Assembly: GCA_020629695.1 (NCBI GenBank)
Contig: JAHDCV010000002.1
Coordinates: forward strand, 37,895-98,243
Length of the DNA stretch: 60,349 bases
Direction of reading: 5' to 3'
Origin: Acidimicrobiales bacterium
GTDB taxonomy: Bacteria; Actinomycetota; Acidimicrobiia; Acidimicrobiales; SZUA-35
In this document: piece by piece, positions 18,253 to 27,223 of the stretch
Layout: each line of letters starts with the position of its first letter
Numbering within the stretch: the stretch's first letter is position 1
Notes under the pieces: model-generated
Databases searched by the model: none
The model's input: the letters and a program-made list of their open reading frames with translations, nothing else
Told to the model about the DNA's origin: nothing
Made by a program: the position numbers and the translations under genes

Positions 18253-18393
18253 GACGTCGTCTCCCCTCACGCCGGCTCCAACGTCAGCGCATGCTAGCCA
18301 CGGGCCGCCGGAGGGATCGACGTGGCGGCCCGGATCGGCCGCCATGAGCACTTCTGCTCAACTCACGGCCCGATTCGGTCGACGAAACCGGAC

Positions 18394-19668
18394 ATGACCG
18401 ACGCGTTCGGCGACCCGCCCACATCGATCGATCTCGATGACATTCCCGACATCTGCCTGATCACCGATGGCATCGGGACGATCTCGCGAGCGAACCGCGC
18501 CTGCGCCGAGGCGCTCGGCTACCCGGTCGACGACTGGGTCGGTCGCAACGTCCTCGACGTGCTCCACCCCGATGATCTCGAACCGGCGATCGCCGCCTTC
18601 ACCTCGATGGGCGACCGAACCGGTGGCGGTTCCGGTCTGCTCATGCCCGTCCGTGTCCGGCACGCGAACGGCAGCTGGTTGCCGTGCGAGGTCCGAGGTC
18701 GGGTCAGTGGGGAGGACCGCATCACGCTGGTCGTCCGGGACCTCACCGATCGGCACGCGTTGAGCCTGGCTCAGGGCGACGCCGATCTGCTCCGTGCCCT
18801 CGTCCACCACGCCTCGTCGATCCTGCTGACCCTGGAGGCGGACCACACCGTCCGGAGTACGAATGCCGCGTTGACCCGGATCCTCGGAAGGGACGGTTAC
18901 CGAACCCAGGGCACGGCGTTCGCGAGCCTCGCGGCGCCCGAGGACCGGACGTTCGTCGCATCCCGCCTCGACGAGGACGCCGGCCGGTTCGAGGCCGACT
19001 TCGTCCACGTCGACGGGTCCAGGGTCGTGCTGGAGGTGAGCGTCCAGGACCTCCGCTCCGACCCACTCGTCGGCGGTTACCTGGTGAACGCCGTCGACAT
19101 CACGGATCTGCGGGAGACCCAGATCGCACTCCGCAGGATGGCGGACACCGATCATCTGACCGGCCTGCTCAATCGTCAGGCGTTCCTGGATCGTGTCCGC
19201 ACGATGCTCGACGCGACCGATGATGCCGGCGATCTGGCGATCCTCTTCTGTGACCTCGACGGCTTCAAGTCGATCAACGACGAGCTGGGTCACGCCGCAG
19301 GTGATCATCTGCTGAGTGAGGTCGCCGGACGGATGCAGCGTTGCGTCCATGCCGACGACCTCCTGGGTCGCCTCGGTGGGGACGAGTTCGTCGTGGTGCT
19401 GCGCGACACGGCGAAGAACGGGCCCGCCGTCGTCGCCGACCGGATCCGGCGAGCCATCGAGGAACCGTTCTCCTATCAGGGTCGAGCGGCACGGGTCGGG
19501 GTCTCCATCGGTGTCGCGGTGGCCAGCGATCATCCGACGATCACGAGCATGATCGCCGCAGCGGACGAAGCGATGTACCAGGTCAAGCGGTCACGCTCCC
19601 GACGAGACGTTCCCGGCGCACGGCGCGCCACCGAACGGCGAACGGACCCGGCGTGGGCGCCCCGTTAG
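18394..19668 (+). CDS. PAS-domain diguanylate cyclase (GGDEF)
   Basis: Two PAS-like segments, then LTGLLNRQAF...DLDGFKSINDELGHAAGD...RLGGDEFVV (the GGDEF active site is intact). Confidence 0.85.
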   Translation: MTDAFGDPPTSIDLDDIPDICLITDGIGTISRANRACAEALGYPVDDWVGRNVLDVLHPDDLEPAIAAFTSMGDRTGGGSGLLMPVRVRHANGSWLPCEVRGRVSGEDRITLVVRDLTDRHALSLAQGDADLLRALVHHASSILLTLEADHTVRSTNAALTRILGRDGYRTQGTAFASLAAPEDRTFVASRLDEDAGRFEADFVHVDGSRVVLEVSVQDLRSDPLVGGYLVNAVDITDLRETQIALRRMADTDHLTGLLNRQAFLDRVRTMLDATDDAGDLAILFCDLDGFKSINDELGHAAGDHLLSEVAGRMQRCVHADDLLGRLGGDEFVVVLRDTAKNGPAVVADRIRRAIEEPFSYQGRAARVGVSIGVAVASDHPTITSMIAAADEAMYQVKRSRSRRDVPGARRATERRTDPAWAPR

Positions 19669-19678
19669 AGTCAGCCGG

Positions 19679-20284
19679 GTGCGTCATCGCCGCGGCTCGA
19701 TCCTGATCCCTCTCGCACTGTTGTTCGCCGCGGGCTGCGCCGACGACGGTCGCGAACTCGCCGAGCCGTCCGACTGGCAGACCACCACGACCCGACCGCC
19801 GCCACCCACGTCGGCACCACCGGAGCGTGTGTCCGACTCGGGCCTGCGGATCTGGTCACCGGACTTCGAACCGGCCGCTGCGATCCCACTCGCGGTCCAG
19901 TGCGCCGGCGACAACCTCTTCCCGAGCCTCCGATGGGAGTCGGTGCCCGACGGCACGGTCGAGCTGTCGGTCACACTCGCCGACCAGACCGACCCCGAGG
20001 ATCCGCTGCTGCTCTGGCTCGCCGCGGGGATTCCTCCCGCCACCCGATCGCTCGACGCCGGCTTCCTGCCCGCCGGTGGCTTCGAGACCCTGAACGACTA
20101 CGGCGCGCTCGGATGGGGTACCCCGTGCCTGGAGGAACTCGGCGACAACCGTGACCTGCAGTTCACCATCTGGGCGCTCGGCTCACCTGCGGGCTTCGCT
20201 CCGGGAGCGCCCGGCAACGAGGCGTGGGACGATGTCGCCGCTCGGGCGATCGACTCGGCGACCGTCCTCATGCGGATCCCCTGA
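19679..20284 (+). CDS. YbhB/YbcL-type PEBP (Raf-kinase-inhibitor-like) lipoprotein
   Basis: Signal peptide plus lipobox LFAAGC. The PEBP-like core includes FPSLRWESVP. Confidence 0.55.
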   Translation: MRHRRGSILIPLALLFAAGCADDGRELAEPSDWQTTTTRPPPPTSAPPERVSDSGLRIWSPDFEPAAAIPLAVQCAGDNLFPSLRWESVPDGTVELSVTLADQTDPEDPLLLWLAAGIPPATRSLDAGFLPAGGFETLNDYGALGWGTPCLEELGDNRDLQFTIWALGSPAGFAPGAPGNEAWDDVAARAIDSATVLMRIP

Positions 20285-20285
20285 C

Positions 20286-21152
20286 TCAACCGGCGCCGCG
20301 ACTCCGGACCGCCGCGGCGAATCGGGCGGCCGCAGGCGGATCGATCTGGAAGAACAGTCCCGGCTCGATGAGCTCCACCTCCAGGATCTTCGGACCGTCG
20401 ACGTCTTCGACGAGGTCCACCCGTGCGTACAACTGCGGACCGAAACGATCCGCGATCCACTCGAGTGTCGCACCGGCGAGCTCGAGCTCGGGCGCGGACG
20501 GAGTCACGAGTTCGATGTGTTCGCGGGCGAACAGCCCGTCCACATCCGCACCGCCACCCGGTTCCAACAACGGGCCCTTCAGGAACGTGTGGCTCACGGC
20601 GCCGTCGATCGCGACGATGCCACGCTCGCCCCGACGGTCGACGGAGGCGACGTAGGGCTGGACCATCGCCGTCCGCCCCGAGGCGGTCAGGCGGCCGATC
20701 GCTGCCTCGATCTGGTCCGGGTCGTCGAGGCGCAAGGTGTCGTTCGACCCGGCCGACACCGTCGGTTTCACGACCACCTCGCCGAGCTCGGAGAGATCGA
20801 GCACGAGCGCGTCGTCGGGCGACACGAACGTGCTCGACACGACGGGTAGTCCGGCGGCGTCGAGGTCGGCGAGGTATCGCTTGTCGATGTTCCAGCGGAT
20901 CACGTCGAGGTCGTTGCGCAGCCGGGTCGCCGCCGACACACGTTCGCACCAGTCGAGGAAGGCCGCTGGTCGACGCCAGTAGTCCCAGGTGGCCCGGATG
21001 ACGACCAGGTCGAAGACCGACCAGTCGACCGACTCGTCATCCCAGATCGCGACCGACTCGTGCAACCCGATCGATCGGGCGGCGGCGCGCAGGAGCGGCC
21101 CCTCCGTGTCGAGGTCGGTGGCGTCGGCCGATGCCGCCCACGCGACGCGCAT
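20286..21152 (-). CDS. ATP-grasp domain protein (RimK/glutathione-synthetase-like ligase)
   Basis: 288 aa from MRVAWAAS. ATP-grasp motifs (VVVKPTVSAGSNDT, ELIEPGLFF). Its start overlaps the stop of the upstream CoA-transferase gene as TGATG. Confidence 0.6.
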   Translation of the reverse strand: MRVAWAASADATDLDTEGPLLRAAARSIGLHESVAIWDDESVDWSVFDLVVIRATWDYWRRPAAFLDWCERVSAATRLRNDLDVIRWNIDKRYLADLDAAGLPVVSSTFVSPDDALVLDLSELGEVVVKPTVSAGSNDTLRLDDPDQIEAAIGRLTASGRTAMVQPYVASVDRRGERGIVAIDGAVSHTFLKGPLLEPGGGADVDGLFAREHIELVTPSAPELELAGATLEWIADRFGPQLYARVDLVEDVDGPKILEVELIEPGLFFQIDPPAAARFAAAVRSRGAG

Positions 21153-22366
21153 CACGACCCGCCGGGGATCACACCGGCGGTGGCGAGCGCTTCGATCTGG
21201 TCGGCGCTCCTGCCGAGCTCGGTGAGCACCTCCACCGTCTGGGCGCCGTACCCGGGAGCTCCCGACGGAGCGTGGGGCTCGGCGGCATCGAACCGCGCCG
21301 CCGGGCGGGCCTCCCGCACGCCACCGATACTGCCGGAGTCGTACTCGACGAACGAGTTGCGGTGCACGACCTGGGGGTCGGCCGCGACATCGCCGAGCCC
21401 GAGCACCGGTCCGCCCGGCATGTCGTTGGCGCGGAGCCGCTCGAGCGCCTCGTCGGTGTCGATCGTCGAGAGCACGGCGTCGACGGCATCCCGGAGCGCG
21501 GCGGCATTCCGCTGCCGGTCCTCGAAGGTCGCGAACCGGGCGTCGTCCATGAGCGCCGGATCGATGGCAGCCGCGAGCCGAGGCCATGTCGAGTTCGTCG
21601 CCAGATTGAGGGTGATGTGGCCGTCCGATGTCGGACGCACCTCGTAGTTCGTGGCCATCGGCGGCACCGAGCGTCCACCCTCGCCGAGGAGTCCGTGACC
21701 CCATCCGCCGTCGGGCCAGAAGAACTGGAGTCCGGCGTCGAGCATCGAGACCTCCAGATGCTGACCGCCGGCGCCGCGGGACGCGGCCAGCAGTGCAGCG
21801 GTCGTCGCCTGGGCCACGGTGATCGCCGTTGCCTTGTCGACCACGAGATTGAGGAGGAGCGCCGGGTCACCATCGGCGAGGCCCTGGTGGGCGGCCATCC
21901 CGATCAGTCCCTGGATCACGAAGTCGTAGACCATCTGATCGGCGTAGGGGCCGGTCGGACCGAAGCCGGAGACCGACACGTAGACGAGGTCGGGGTGACG
22001 GGCCAACATCGCATCAGGCCCCACACCCATTCGCTCGACCGCGCCCGGCCGGAAGTTCTGGATGAACACATCCGCCGTCCCGATCAGATCGTGGAGGATC
22101 GCCGTGCCCGCATCGGTTCGGGTGTCGACGGCGATCGAGCGCTTGTTCCGGTTGCAGGCGTGGAACACCGTGCCCATCCCGTTGCGGATGTCACCGAGTG
22201 TCCGCATCCGGTCGCCGACCCCGTTGGCCGCCTCGACCTTGATCACCTCGGCGCCCTGGTCGGCCAGGATCGCCGACGCGAACGGCGCCGAGATCATCTG
22301 CGCCGCCTCGACGACACGAAGACCGGCGAGCGGCTGGCGGCGTACGAGGTCCGGATCGACATCCAT
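21152..22366 (-). CDS. CoA-transferase family III (CaiB/BaiF)
   Basis: 404 aa from MDVDPDLVRR. N-terminal LAGLRVVEAAQMISAPFASAILADQGAEVIKVE is typical of family III CoA transferases. A conserved Asp lies in the VYDFVIQGLIGM region. Confidence 0.8.
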   Translation of the reverse strand: MDVDPDLVRRQPLAGLRVVEAAQMISAPFASAILADQGAEVIKVEAANGVGDRMRTLGDIRNGMGTVFHACNRNKRSIAVDTRTDAGTAILHDLIGTADVFIQNFRPGAVERMGVGPDAMLARHPDLVYVSVSGFGPTGPYADQMVYDFVIQGLIGMAAHQGLADGDPALLLNLVVDKATAITVAQATTAALLAASRGAGGQHLEVSMLDAGLQFFWPDGGWGHGLLGEGGRSVPPMATNYEVRPTSDGHITLNLATNSTWPRLAAAIDPALMDDARFATFEDRQRNAAALRDAVDAVLSTIDTDEALERLRANDMPGGPVLGLGDVAADPQVVHRNSFVEYDSGSIGGVREARPAARFDAAEPHAPSGAPGYGAQTVEVLTELGRSADQIEALATAGVIPGGS

Positions 22367-22433
22367 GGGTCCAGGGTGCCACGGTGTCGGAATCGACACG
22401 AGTTCACCGACCCCACCGTTCGACCCGCACACC

Positions 22434-23249
22434 GTGCCGGTCACCGACGCCGCGACGGTGATGCTCGTGGCCGACCGACCCGAGCTGGAGGTGTTGCTCG
22501 TCCGTCGCACGGCGCGTCTGGCGTTCGCCGCCGACGCCTGGGTGTTCCCCGGCGGCCGGGTCGACCCGGGTGACCGCCGGGTGCACGGTCCGTGGGTCGG
22601 CCGCAGCGAGACCGACGCCGCACGAGCCGTCGACGCCGACGCCCACGGGTTGTCCTTCTGGGTCACCTCGGCCCGGGAGACCATCGAGGAGGCGGGTGTT
22701 CTCCTCGGTCGACAGGGCCACGGGTCGATCTCGGAGGTCCGAGCGGGGCTCGAGGCCGGACGCGACTTCGCCGATCTGCTCGAAGCCGGCGGTCACCGGC
22801 TCGACTTCTCCGACGTCGAGTTCGTCGCCCGGTTCATCACCCCGGTCGGCTCCCCCCGGAGGTTCGACGCACGGTTCTTCGTGGCGCCCGCACCCGCTGA
22901 TGCCGCGCCCGAGCACGACGACGGCGAGATCGTCGACTGGGACTGGTTTCGACCGTCAGAGGCGCTCGAGCGCTACCGAGCCGGCGAGATGACGCTCATC
23001 AGCCCGACCGTTCGCATGCTCGCCTGCCTTGCCCGCTACGACTCCGTCGACCAGGTCATGGCGGTGGCCCGAGCCGATCACCCGATGGCCAGGGTCCGCG
23101 TGATCGACCCCGCGGGTGCCTACGTCGTGGTCCTCCCGGGCGAGCCCGGCTACGAGACGGCCGAGCTCGAGGTCGAGTCGGGCTGGGTCAAGCTCTGGGA
23201 ACCCGACGGCCGACCGGGGCGCTCCGGACTCGCCGGCCGCCCCTGGTGA
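22434..23249 (+). CDS. NUDIX hydrolase
   Basis: Nudix box GGRVDPGDRRVHGPWVGRSETDAARAVDADAHGLSFWVTSARETIEEAG (REx2EE). The start is a GTG at 22434 or an ATG at 22461. Confidence 0.65.
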   Translation: MPVTDAATVMLVADRPELEVLLVRRTARLAFAADAWVFPGGRVDPGDRRVHGPWVGRSETDAARAVDADAHGLSFWVTSARETIEEAGVLLGRQGHGSISEVRAGLEAGRDFADLLEAGGHRLDFSDVEFVARFITPVGSPRRFDARFFVAPAPADAAPEHDDGEIVDWDWFRPSEALERYRAGEMTLISPTVRMLACLARYDSVDQVMAVARADHPMARVRVIDPAGAYVVVLPGEPGYETAELEVESGWVKLWEPDGRPGRSGLAGRPW

Positions 23250-23252
23250 CCA

Positions 23253-24068
23253 TCAGGCCGGCAGCAGCTGGCTGATGTCGATCTCGCAGGCGGCGAGGGC
23301 GATGAACAGGCTCGGTGCACCGGCCAGATCCTGCGCCGCCAGCGCGGAGAACTCCTCGGCCGGCAGTTCGTCGAGGAAGCACTCGACCTGCTCGGTGGCG
23401 AGACCGGTCTGGCTCGCGAACCCCTCGACGACCAACGCCCGGCCCTCCTCGGTCGCGAGCAGGCTCTCCAGCTCGGCGGGATCGATCTCGGGGAGCTCGT
23501 CGAGCGCCTCTTCGGTCACGGTGCCCTCCGGGCAATTGGTGTCGACGAAGTCGGACACCCGATCACTCGCATCGTCGACCTCGGAACCGGTGGCGTCCAG
23601 TTCGGCCTCGGGGATCGAGATGATGTCGTAGCCGTACTCCTCGAACAGCGTCTGGAGCTCCTCGGTGGCCGCGACCATCGTGGCCATGTCGCCGGAGATC
23701 TGATCCGGCGCCACCTCGGCGCCCTGCCGCATCAGGGCGAGGTTGTCCTCGAACCAGGTCTGGACCGATTCGGGATCGAAGAAGTTCTCGGGGTCGCTGA
23801 TGGCGTCGGCCTGCGCTCGGAGGCCGCAGAAGGCCTCGAGCTCGGGCGTCATCGAGACCTCAGCCATCGCCTCGGTTGTCTTCGGCGCCGCCTCGGTCGT
23901 GGTCACCGCCTCGGTCGTCGTGGTCTCGGCTTCGGTCGTCGTGGTCTCGGCCTCGGTCGTGTCGGCATCCGCGGCGGTGTCGGCGTCACTGCCGCCACCA
24001 CAGGCGGCAAGGGTGAGCGCCAGTGCGGCGATCAGGCTGACGGGACGAGAGGTTCGAGTGCGGATCAT
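23253..24068 (-). CDS. acidic secreted lipoprotein, hypothetical, with Thr/Glu/Ala repeats
   Basis: Signal peptide plus lipobox LTLAACGG. It carries the (TTEAETT) repeats and is very acidic (pI low by inspection). Confidence 0.55.
   Translation of the reverse strand: MIRTRTSRPVSLIAALALTLAACGGGSDADTAADADTTEAETTTTEAETTTTEAVTTTEAAPKTTEAMAEVSMTPELEAFCGLRAQADAISDPENFFDPESVQTWFEDNLALMRQGAEVAPDQISGDMATMVAATEELQTLFEEYGYDIISIPEAELDATGSEVDDASDRVSDFVDTNCPEGTVTEEALDELPEIDPAELESLLATEEGRALVVEGFASQTGLATEQVECFLDELPAEEFSALAAQDLAGAPSLFIALAACEIDISQLLPA
23890..23965. repeat. about 24-bp tandem repeats (about 3 copies) encoding TTEAETTT repeats
   Basis: ggtcgtcgtggtctcggc(t/c)tc units inside the lipoprotein gene. 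Confidence 0.6.
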
Positions 24069-24250
24069 GGTTCCTCCGGGGCAACGGGTGACGAGGGTTC
24101 CATCGGCCACAGTGACAGAAAACTGCATCGTTCGGGTCGCTGCGTGGCAAACGACCGTGCAGAGGTTCTCGTCGGGCGCCGATACCGTGAGCACCACGCG
24201 TCCCGTTCCGCCACCCCCGGCGGTCCGCCCACGTGATCGAGGTACACGTC

Positions 24251-26098
24251 ATGGCTCGTCGCGAGCAGCTCCGCAATCTGGCCATCGTGGCCCACGTCGA
24301 CCATGGCAAGACGACCCTCGTCGACGCGATGCTCGCACAGACCGGTGCCTTCGGCGCCCACGAAGAGGTCATCGACCGGGTCATGGACTCGGGCGATCTC
24401 GAGAAGGAGAAGGGCATCACGATCCTGGCGAAGAACACCGCCGTGCGTCGTGGTGACACCGTGCTCAACATCGTGGACACCCCGGGCCACGCCGATTTCG
24501 GCGGTGAGGTCGAGCGAGCGCTCACCATGGTCGACGGTGTCGTGCTGCTCGTCGATGCGGCCGAAGGTCCCCTCCCCCAGACCCGATTCGTGCTGCGGAA
24601 GGCCCTTGCCCGCAAGCTCCCCGTCATCCTCGCCATCAACAAGGTCGATCGCCCCGACGCCCGGATCTCCGACGTGGTCGACGAGGTCTACGAGCTGTTC
24701 CTCGACATCGACGCGAGCGACGACCAGATCGACTTCCCGATCGTCTACTGCGCTGCCCGCGACGGCTGGGCGTCCCTCGAGGAGGGCGTGCCCGGCGAGA
24801 ACCTCGAGCCGCTGTTCGAGCTGATCCTCGAGCACATCCCGGCGCCGAGCTACGAGGAGAACCACCCGCTCCAGGCGTGGGTCACGAACCTCGACTCCTC
24901 GCCGTACGTCGGCCGGCTCGCACTGTGCCGCATGGTCAACGGCACCCTCAACAAGGGTGAGTCCGTCGGTCTGAGCCGGATCGACGGCTCGATCCAGCGG
25001 GTGAAGATCACCGAGATGTACCTGACCGAGGCCCTCACCCGGGTTCCTGCCGAGTCCGCCGGCCCCGGCGATCTCGTCGCCATCGCCGGGATCGAGGACA
25101 TCCTCATCGGTGAGACCATCGTGGCGCTGGACGACCCCCGTCCGATGCCGGTGATCGCCGTCGACGAACCCGCACTGTCGATGACCATCGGCATCAACAC
25201 CTCGCCACTCGCCGGCTCGGACGGCGACAAGCTGACCGCCCGGGTCGTCAAGGCCCGCCTCGACGCCGAGCTCGTCGGCAACATGAGCCTGCGGGTCCTG
25301 CCGACCGAGCGACCCGACGCCTGGGAGGTCCAGGCCCGGGGAGAGCTCCAGCTCGCCATCCTCGTGGAACAGATGCGGCGTGAGGGCTTCGAGCTCACCG
25401 TCGGCAAGCCGCAGGTCGTCACCCGCGAGATCGACGGAGAGCTCCACGAGCCGGTCGAACGCGTGACGATCGACGTGCCCGACGAGTACCTCGGTGCGGT
25501 CACCCAGTTGCTCGCCACCCGGAAGGGTCGGATGGAGAACATGGTCAACCACGGCACGGGCTGGATCCGCCTCGATCACGTGGTCCCGGCCCGCGGCCTC
25601 ATCGGTTTCCGTACCGAGTTCCTCACCGAGACCCGGGGCACCGGCGTGCTCAACCACACCTTCGAAGGCATGGAGCCGTGGTTCGGTGAGCTGCGCACAC
25701 GGCGCACCGGTTCGTTGGTCGCCGACCGGAAGGGTCCCGTGACGGCCTATGCACTGATCGGTCTGCAGGAGCGGGCACAGATGCTCGTGGGCCCGACCAC
25801 CGAGGTCTACACCGGCATGATCGTCGGCGAGAACAGCCGCTCGGAGGACATGGACGTGAACGTCTGCAAGGAGAAGCAGCTCACGAACCACCGGGCCGCC
25901 GCCGCCGACCAGACCGTGAAGCTGACTCCGCCGAAGGTGCTCTCACTCGAGCAGGCGCTCGAGTTCATCGCCGACGACGAGTGTGTCGAGGTCACCCCGA
26001 CCCACGTTCGACTCCGCAAGCTCGACATGGACCCCATCGTCCGAGCGCGCCAGGCCAAGGCCCGCAAGAACGCCCGTCTCGCCGAAGCCAAGGCCTGA
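24251..26098 (+). CDS. typA: translational GTPase TypA/BipA
   Basis: AIVAHVDHGKTTLVD, DTPGHADF, NKVD G-motifs. Full-length, about 615 aa, with the BipA C-terminal domain. Confidence 0.92.
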   Translation: MARREQLRNLAIVAHVDHGKTTLVDAMLAQTGAFGAHEEVIDRVMDSGDLEKEKGITILAKNTAVRRGDTVLNIVDTPGHADFGGEVERALTMVDGVVLLVDAAEGPLPQTRFVLRKALARKLPVILAINKVDRPDARISDVVDEVYELFLDIDASDDQIDFPIVYCAARDGWASLEEGVPGENLEPLFELILEHIPAPSYEENHPLQAWVTNLDSSPYVGRLALCRMVNGTLNKGESVGLSRIDGSIQRVKITEMYLTEALTRVPAESAGPGDLVAIAGIEDILIGETIVALDDPRPMPVIAVDEPALSMTIGINTSPLAGSDGDKLTARVVKARLDAELVGNMSLRVLPTERPDAWEVQARGELQLAILVEQMRREGFELTVGKPQVVTREIDGELHEPVERVTIDVPDEYLGAVTQLLATRKGRMENMVNHGTGWIRLDHVVPARGLIGFRTEFLTETRGTGVLNHTFEGMEPWFGELRTRRTGSLVADRKGPVTAYALIGLQERAQMLVGPTTEVYTGMIVGENSRSEDMDVNVCKEKQLTNHRAAAADQTVKLTPPKVLSLEQALEFIADDECVEVTPTHVRLRKLDMDPIVRARQAKARKNARLAEAKA

Positions 26099-26113
26099 CC
26101 CAAATCCCAGGCT

Positions 26114-26136
26114 GAGGCGACAACATTCGTCGCCTC
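26114..26136. terminator. hairpin downstream of typA (8-bp stem GAGGCGAC / GTCGCCTC, 7-nt loop)
   Basis: Begins 15 nt after the typA stop. Confidence 0.45.
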
Positions 26137-26235
26137 GGCCATGCAATTCCAGCAAGCGGTTGGGCGAGAAGGTCCAACACGGCAGGCTGTGCATGCTTCC
26201 CCCGGACGACCTCCAGCAACCTGGATGGTGACACG

Positions 26236-27174
26236 GTGGCCTCACGAGCCGACCACGCCTTGGCCGATGCAGCGGAACACGCCCATGGCGTCTTCTCCCG
26301 ATCCGAAGCCCGCTCGCTCGGACTCTCGGACCGTCAGATCAGATATCGCGTCGCCACCGGCCGATTGATCGAGGTCCACCCCGGTGTCGTCCGGCTACGC
26401 GGCTGGCCAACGACCTGGCAGAGCGAGACCCGGGCTGCCGTGCTCGCGACCGACGGGGTCGCCTCACATTGGAGCGCCGCAGCGCTCTGGCAGCTCCACG
26501 GAGCACGACCGGGCAGCCGACCGGAGGTGGCGGTCCGGCGCGGTCGCACGACCGTTCTGCCCGGGGTTCGCCAACACGAGACCACGCAGTTCGTCGGCAT
26601 CGACCCTGTCGAGATCGAGGGGATCCGCTGTACGGACATTCATCGCACGCTGCTCGACATCGCCCATCGCGTGGAGCTGGCGCGGTTCGTCCTCTTCGTC
26701 GACGACGCCCGGCGGCGAGATCTCGTCGACTGGCGATCCCTCCTCCGCTACTACCGACGATTCGGCCGACGCGGCCGCAACGGCAGTGCCCACCTGCGAG
26801 CCCTTCTCGATGCGCACTTCGGCTCCCAGGCACTGCCTGACTCGGGGTTCAATCGTGAGGTGGGCCAGCGGTTGATCGATGCCGGGCTTCCCCGGCCGGT
26901 GTTCGAGTACACCGTGGTCTTCCCAGATCGGTCGACGGCCCGATACGACCTCGCCTGGCCCGAGTTGCGGGTCGCAGTGGAACTCCATTCGGCGACCTGG
27001 CACCTCACGCGTTCAGCGTTGTCCAACGATGCTCGGAAGATCACCGATGCGATCCGTCTCGGTTGGCAGGTTCTTCCGTTCACCTGGGATCAGTGGCGTG
27101 CCTCGCCGGTCACGGTGATCTGTGCCATCGACGACGTGCTGCGCGAGCGGGCGCTTGCTGGAACTGCAGCCTGA
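26236..27174 (+). CDS. AbiEi-antitoxin-like N-terminal domain plus DUF559 (endonuclease-like) protein
   Basis: N-terminal GVFSRSEARSLGLSDRQIRYRVATGRLIEVHPGVV (the AbiEi_4-like wHTH). The C-terminal VFEYTVVFPDRSTARYDLAWPELRVAVE..H matches the DUF559/Vsr-like fold. Confidence 0.6.
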   Translation: MASRADHALADAAEHAHGVFSRSEARSLGLSDRQIRYRVATGRLIEVHPGVVRLRGWPTTWQSETRAAVLATDGVASHWSAAALWQLHGARPGSRPEVAVRRGRTTVLPGVRQHETTQFVGIDPVEIEGIRCTDIHRTLLDIAHRVELARFVLFVDDARRRDLVDWRSLLRYYRRFGRRGRNGSAHLRALLDAHFGSQALPDSGFNREVGQRLIDAGLPRPVFEYTVVFPDRSTARYDLAWPELRVAVELHSATWHLTRSALSNDARKITDAIRLGWQVLPFTWDQWRASPVTVICAIDDVLRERALAGTAA

Positions 27175-27223
27175 TGACGACCGAATTTGTCGTTCTGACC
27201 TGGAATTTCGGAAAGGAGGGGAG

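Noticed and set aside
24065-25891. 608-aa minus-strand ORF
   Set aside because: It is exactly antisense to typA, which is unambiguous.
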